A stretch of 59,750 nucleotides of DNA, filler included. It is 3 parts of 3 records of this genome, joined end to end, with 100 filler letters (N's around TTAATTAATTAA, not from the genome) between each part and the next. Parts side by side here need not be neighbours in the genome. Positions count along the whole stretch, not along the records: positions 50,714 to 59,750 come from DRR378314_75; 2 more parts are not named here. One strand, 5' to 3'. This document shows positions 58,932-59,750 of this stretch, piece by piece. The notes beneath the pieces are model-generated. The model was not told the origin of the DNA. It did no database searches and worked only from the letters and a program-made list of their open reading frames with translations. Both the position numbers and the translations under genes were made by a program. Numbering within the stretch: the stretch's first letter is position 1; every line of letters starts with the position of its first letter.

Positions 58932-59159
58932 TTATCCATTGGATACTACCTTGTCCATAATCATTCTGCAAACAATTATCTCTGACAAAACCAATTGCTT
59001 TGCTTTTTCAATTCTGAATGGATTGTACCCTCCAAAATATATAGTTTGCATTCACTTTAAAATGAATACAATATTCTTAACATTTCCATAGATGAAAATA
59101 ATAGCTATAGTTGCGCCAAGGACTAGAATTTGTTTCAATATTATCCCTGATATTTCCAT
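58932..59159 (-). pseudogene. Probable remnant of a membrane-anchored AraC-type regulator
   Basis: One frame starting 2 nt after the CHMI stop: MEISGIILKQILVLGATIAIIFIYGNVKNIVFILK*MQTIYFGGYNPFRIEKAKQLV...; RIEKAKQL resembles the AraC HTH. Confidence 0.35.
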
Positions 59160-59161
59160 GC

Positions 59162-59515
59162 TTACTTTCCTTCCACCATCGATTTATTGCAGTAGGTGGC
59201 TTTCTCAAAATCCCGGATGTTTATGGAAATAATTGGAACTTCGGGAAGCATTGATTTCAATTCAGAAACTATTCTTCTCGATAAATCACTTTTTTCGAGA
59301 ATGCTTCTTCCTTCCATAATATTGGCAAAAATGTGCATAAAGTCGTTCCTGGTATTGCCTATCGTATAATATTTGAAGGGATTGATCCTTACCTTAATGT
59401 CCCCGTCTTCAAAAAGACCGGATGCTTCAGCGGAATCATAAACTCTCTGTATGATTTCGTTTGGAGTCTTTTTGTTTAATATGTTTTCTGAGCAATCAAT
59501 TACAAAGTGTGGCAT
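59162..59515 (-). CDS. 5-carboxymethyl-2-hydroxymuconate isomerase (tautomerase superfamily)
   Basis: MPHF (catalytic Pro1), SGLF...DIKVR, F.H and GRS motifs. Confidence 0.88.
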   Translation of the reverse strand: MPHFVIDCSENILNKKTPNEIIQRVYDSAEASGLFEDGDIKVRINPFKYYTIGNTRNDFMHIFANIMEGRSILEKSDLSRRIVSELKSMLPEVPIISINIRDFEKATYCNKSMVEGK

Positions 59516-59538
59516 ACTATTTTTCTTTAGTTAATTTT

Positions 59539-59579
59539 TGGCAAGTCCAACCTGCTTTATTTGGATGTTGGACTTGCCA
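59539..59579. repeat. 13-bp inverted repeat upstream of the CHMI gene
   Basis: TGGCAAGTCCAAC-n15-GTTGGACTTGCCA. Confidence 0.8.
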
Positions 59580-59655
59580 TACTTTTTTTCAATTCTATTT
59601 AGTTATCGTGAGTTCGATTTACATTTAATTGTCAATAAGTTCTTTATGATAATTT

Positions 59656-59750
59656 TGTCCGGTCGAGCGTAGTCGAGACCTCAATTAAAAATCGTTATAG
59701 TACAATAACCTCTCGACTCTGCCTGCCTTCCGGAGGCAGGCTCGAGGAGA
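59656..59750. repeat. REP-like inverted repeat pair (TCGAGC..AGTCGAGA core) with a short palindrome inserted in the right arm
   Basis: Left arm GTCGAGCGTAGTCGAGA; right arm TCTCGACTCTGC[CTGCCTTCCGGAGGCAGGC]TCGAG; GC-rich in an AT-rich context. Confidence 0.7.

Noticed and set aside
58867..59091. 74-aa plus-strand ORF
   Set aside because: TTG start and no motif; the opposite strand explains the region better as an AraC-like remnant.
1..59750. tRNA, rRNA, riboswitch, CRISPR array, transposase, integrase or prophage
   Set aside because: None recognised by eye; intergenic regions are short and AT-rich. tRNAscan-SE and Infernal/Rfam would be needed to exclude small RNAs.

Overview
This is Flavobacteriaceae-type (Bacteroidota) DNA made of three contigs joined by identical artificial 100-nt spacers (44 N + TTAATTAATTAA + 44 N at 30085-30184 and 50614-50713), so gene adjacency across the spacers carries no information. 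Contigs 1 (1-30084) and 2 (30185-50613) are AT-rich (about 30% GC by eye; Polaribacter/Tenacibaculum-like by inference) core-genome segments. They carry alaS, gpmI, map, phhA, apbE, tilS, pabB, lpdA, purE/purK, greA, aat, an M23-MerR-LemA-TPM-TPM-lipoprotein operon, CBM9-like/GHL10 genes, an SSS transporter with a NagX-like gene, and many TAnnTTTG promoters and intrinsic terminators. Contig 3 (50714-59750) is visibly more GC-rich with different codon usage and may come from another genome. It carries DUF2914, GH105, ACT, Gfo/Idh/MocA, GNAT, MFS and CHMI-like genes, an AraC-like remnant, and a nested palindromic repeat at the window end. I found no rRNA, tRNA, CRISPR array, transposase or prophage, and no unambiguous new multi-gene system. 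The best leads are an Omp85-barrel protein with an atypical kinase-like (DRH) domain, a probably inactive esterase-TPR gene flanked by duplicated terminators, a YraN-like pseudo-nuclease, a greA leader hairpin, leaderless genes, an easily missed zinc-ribbon microprotein, and a palindrome inserted inside a REP-like element.
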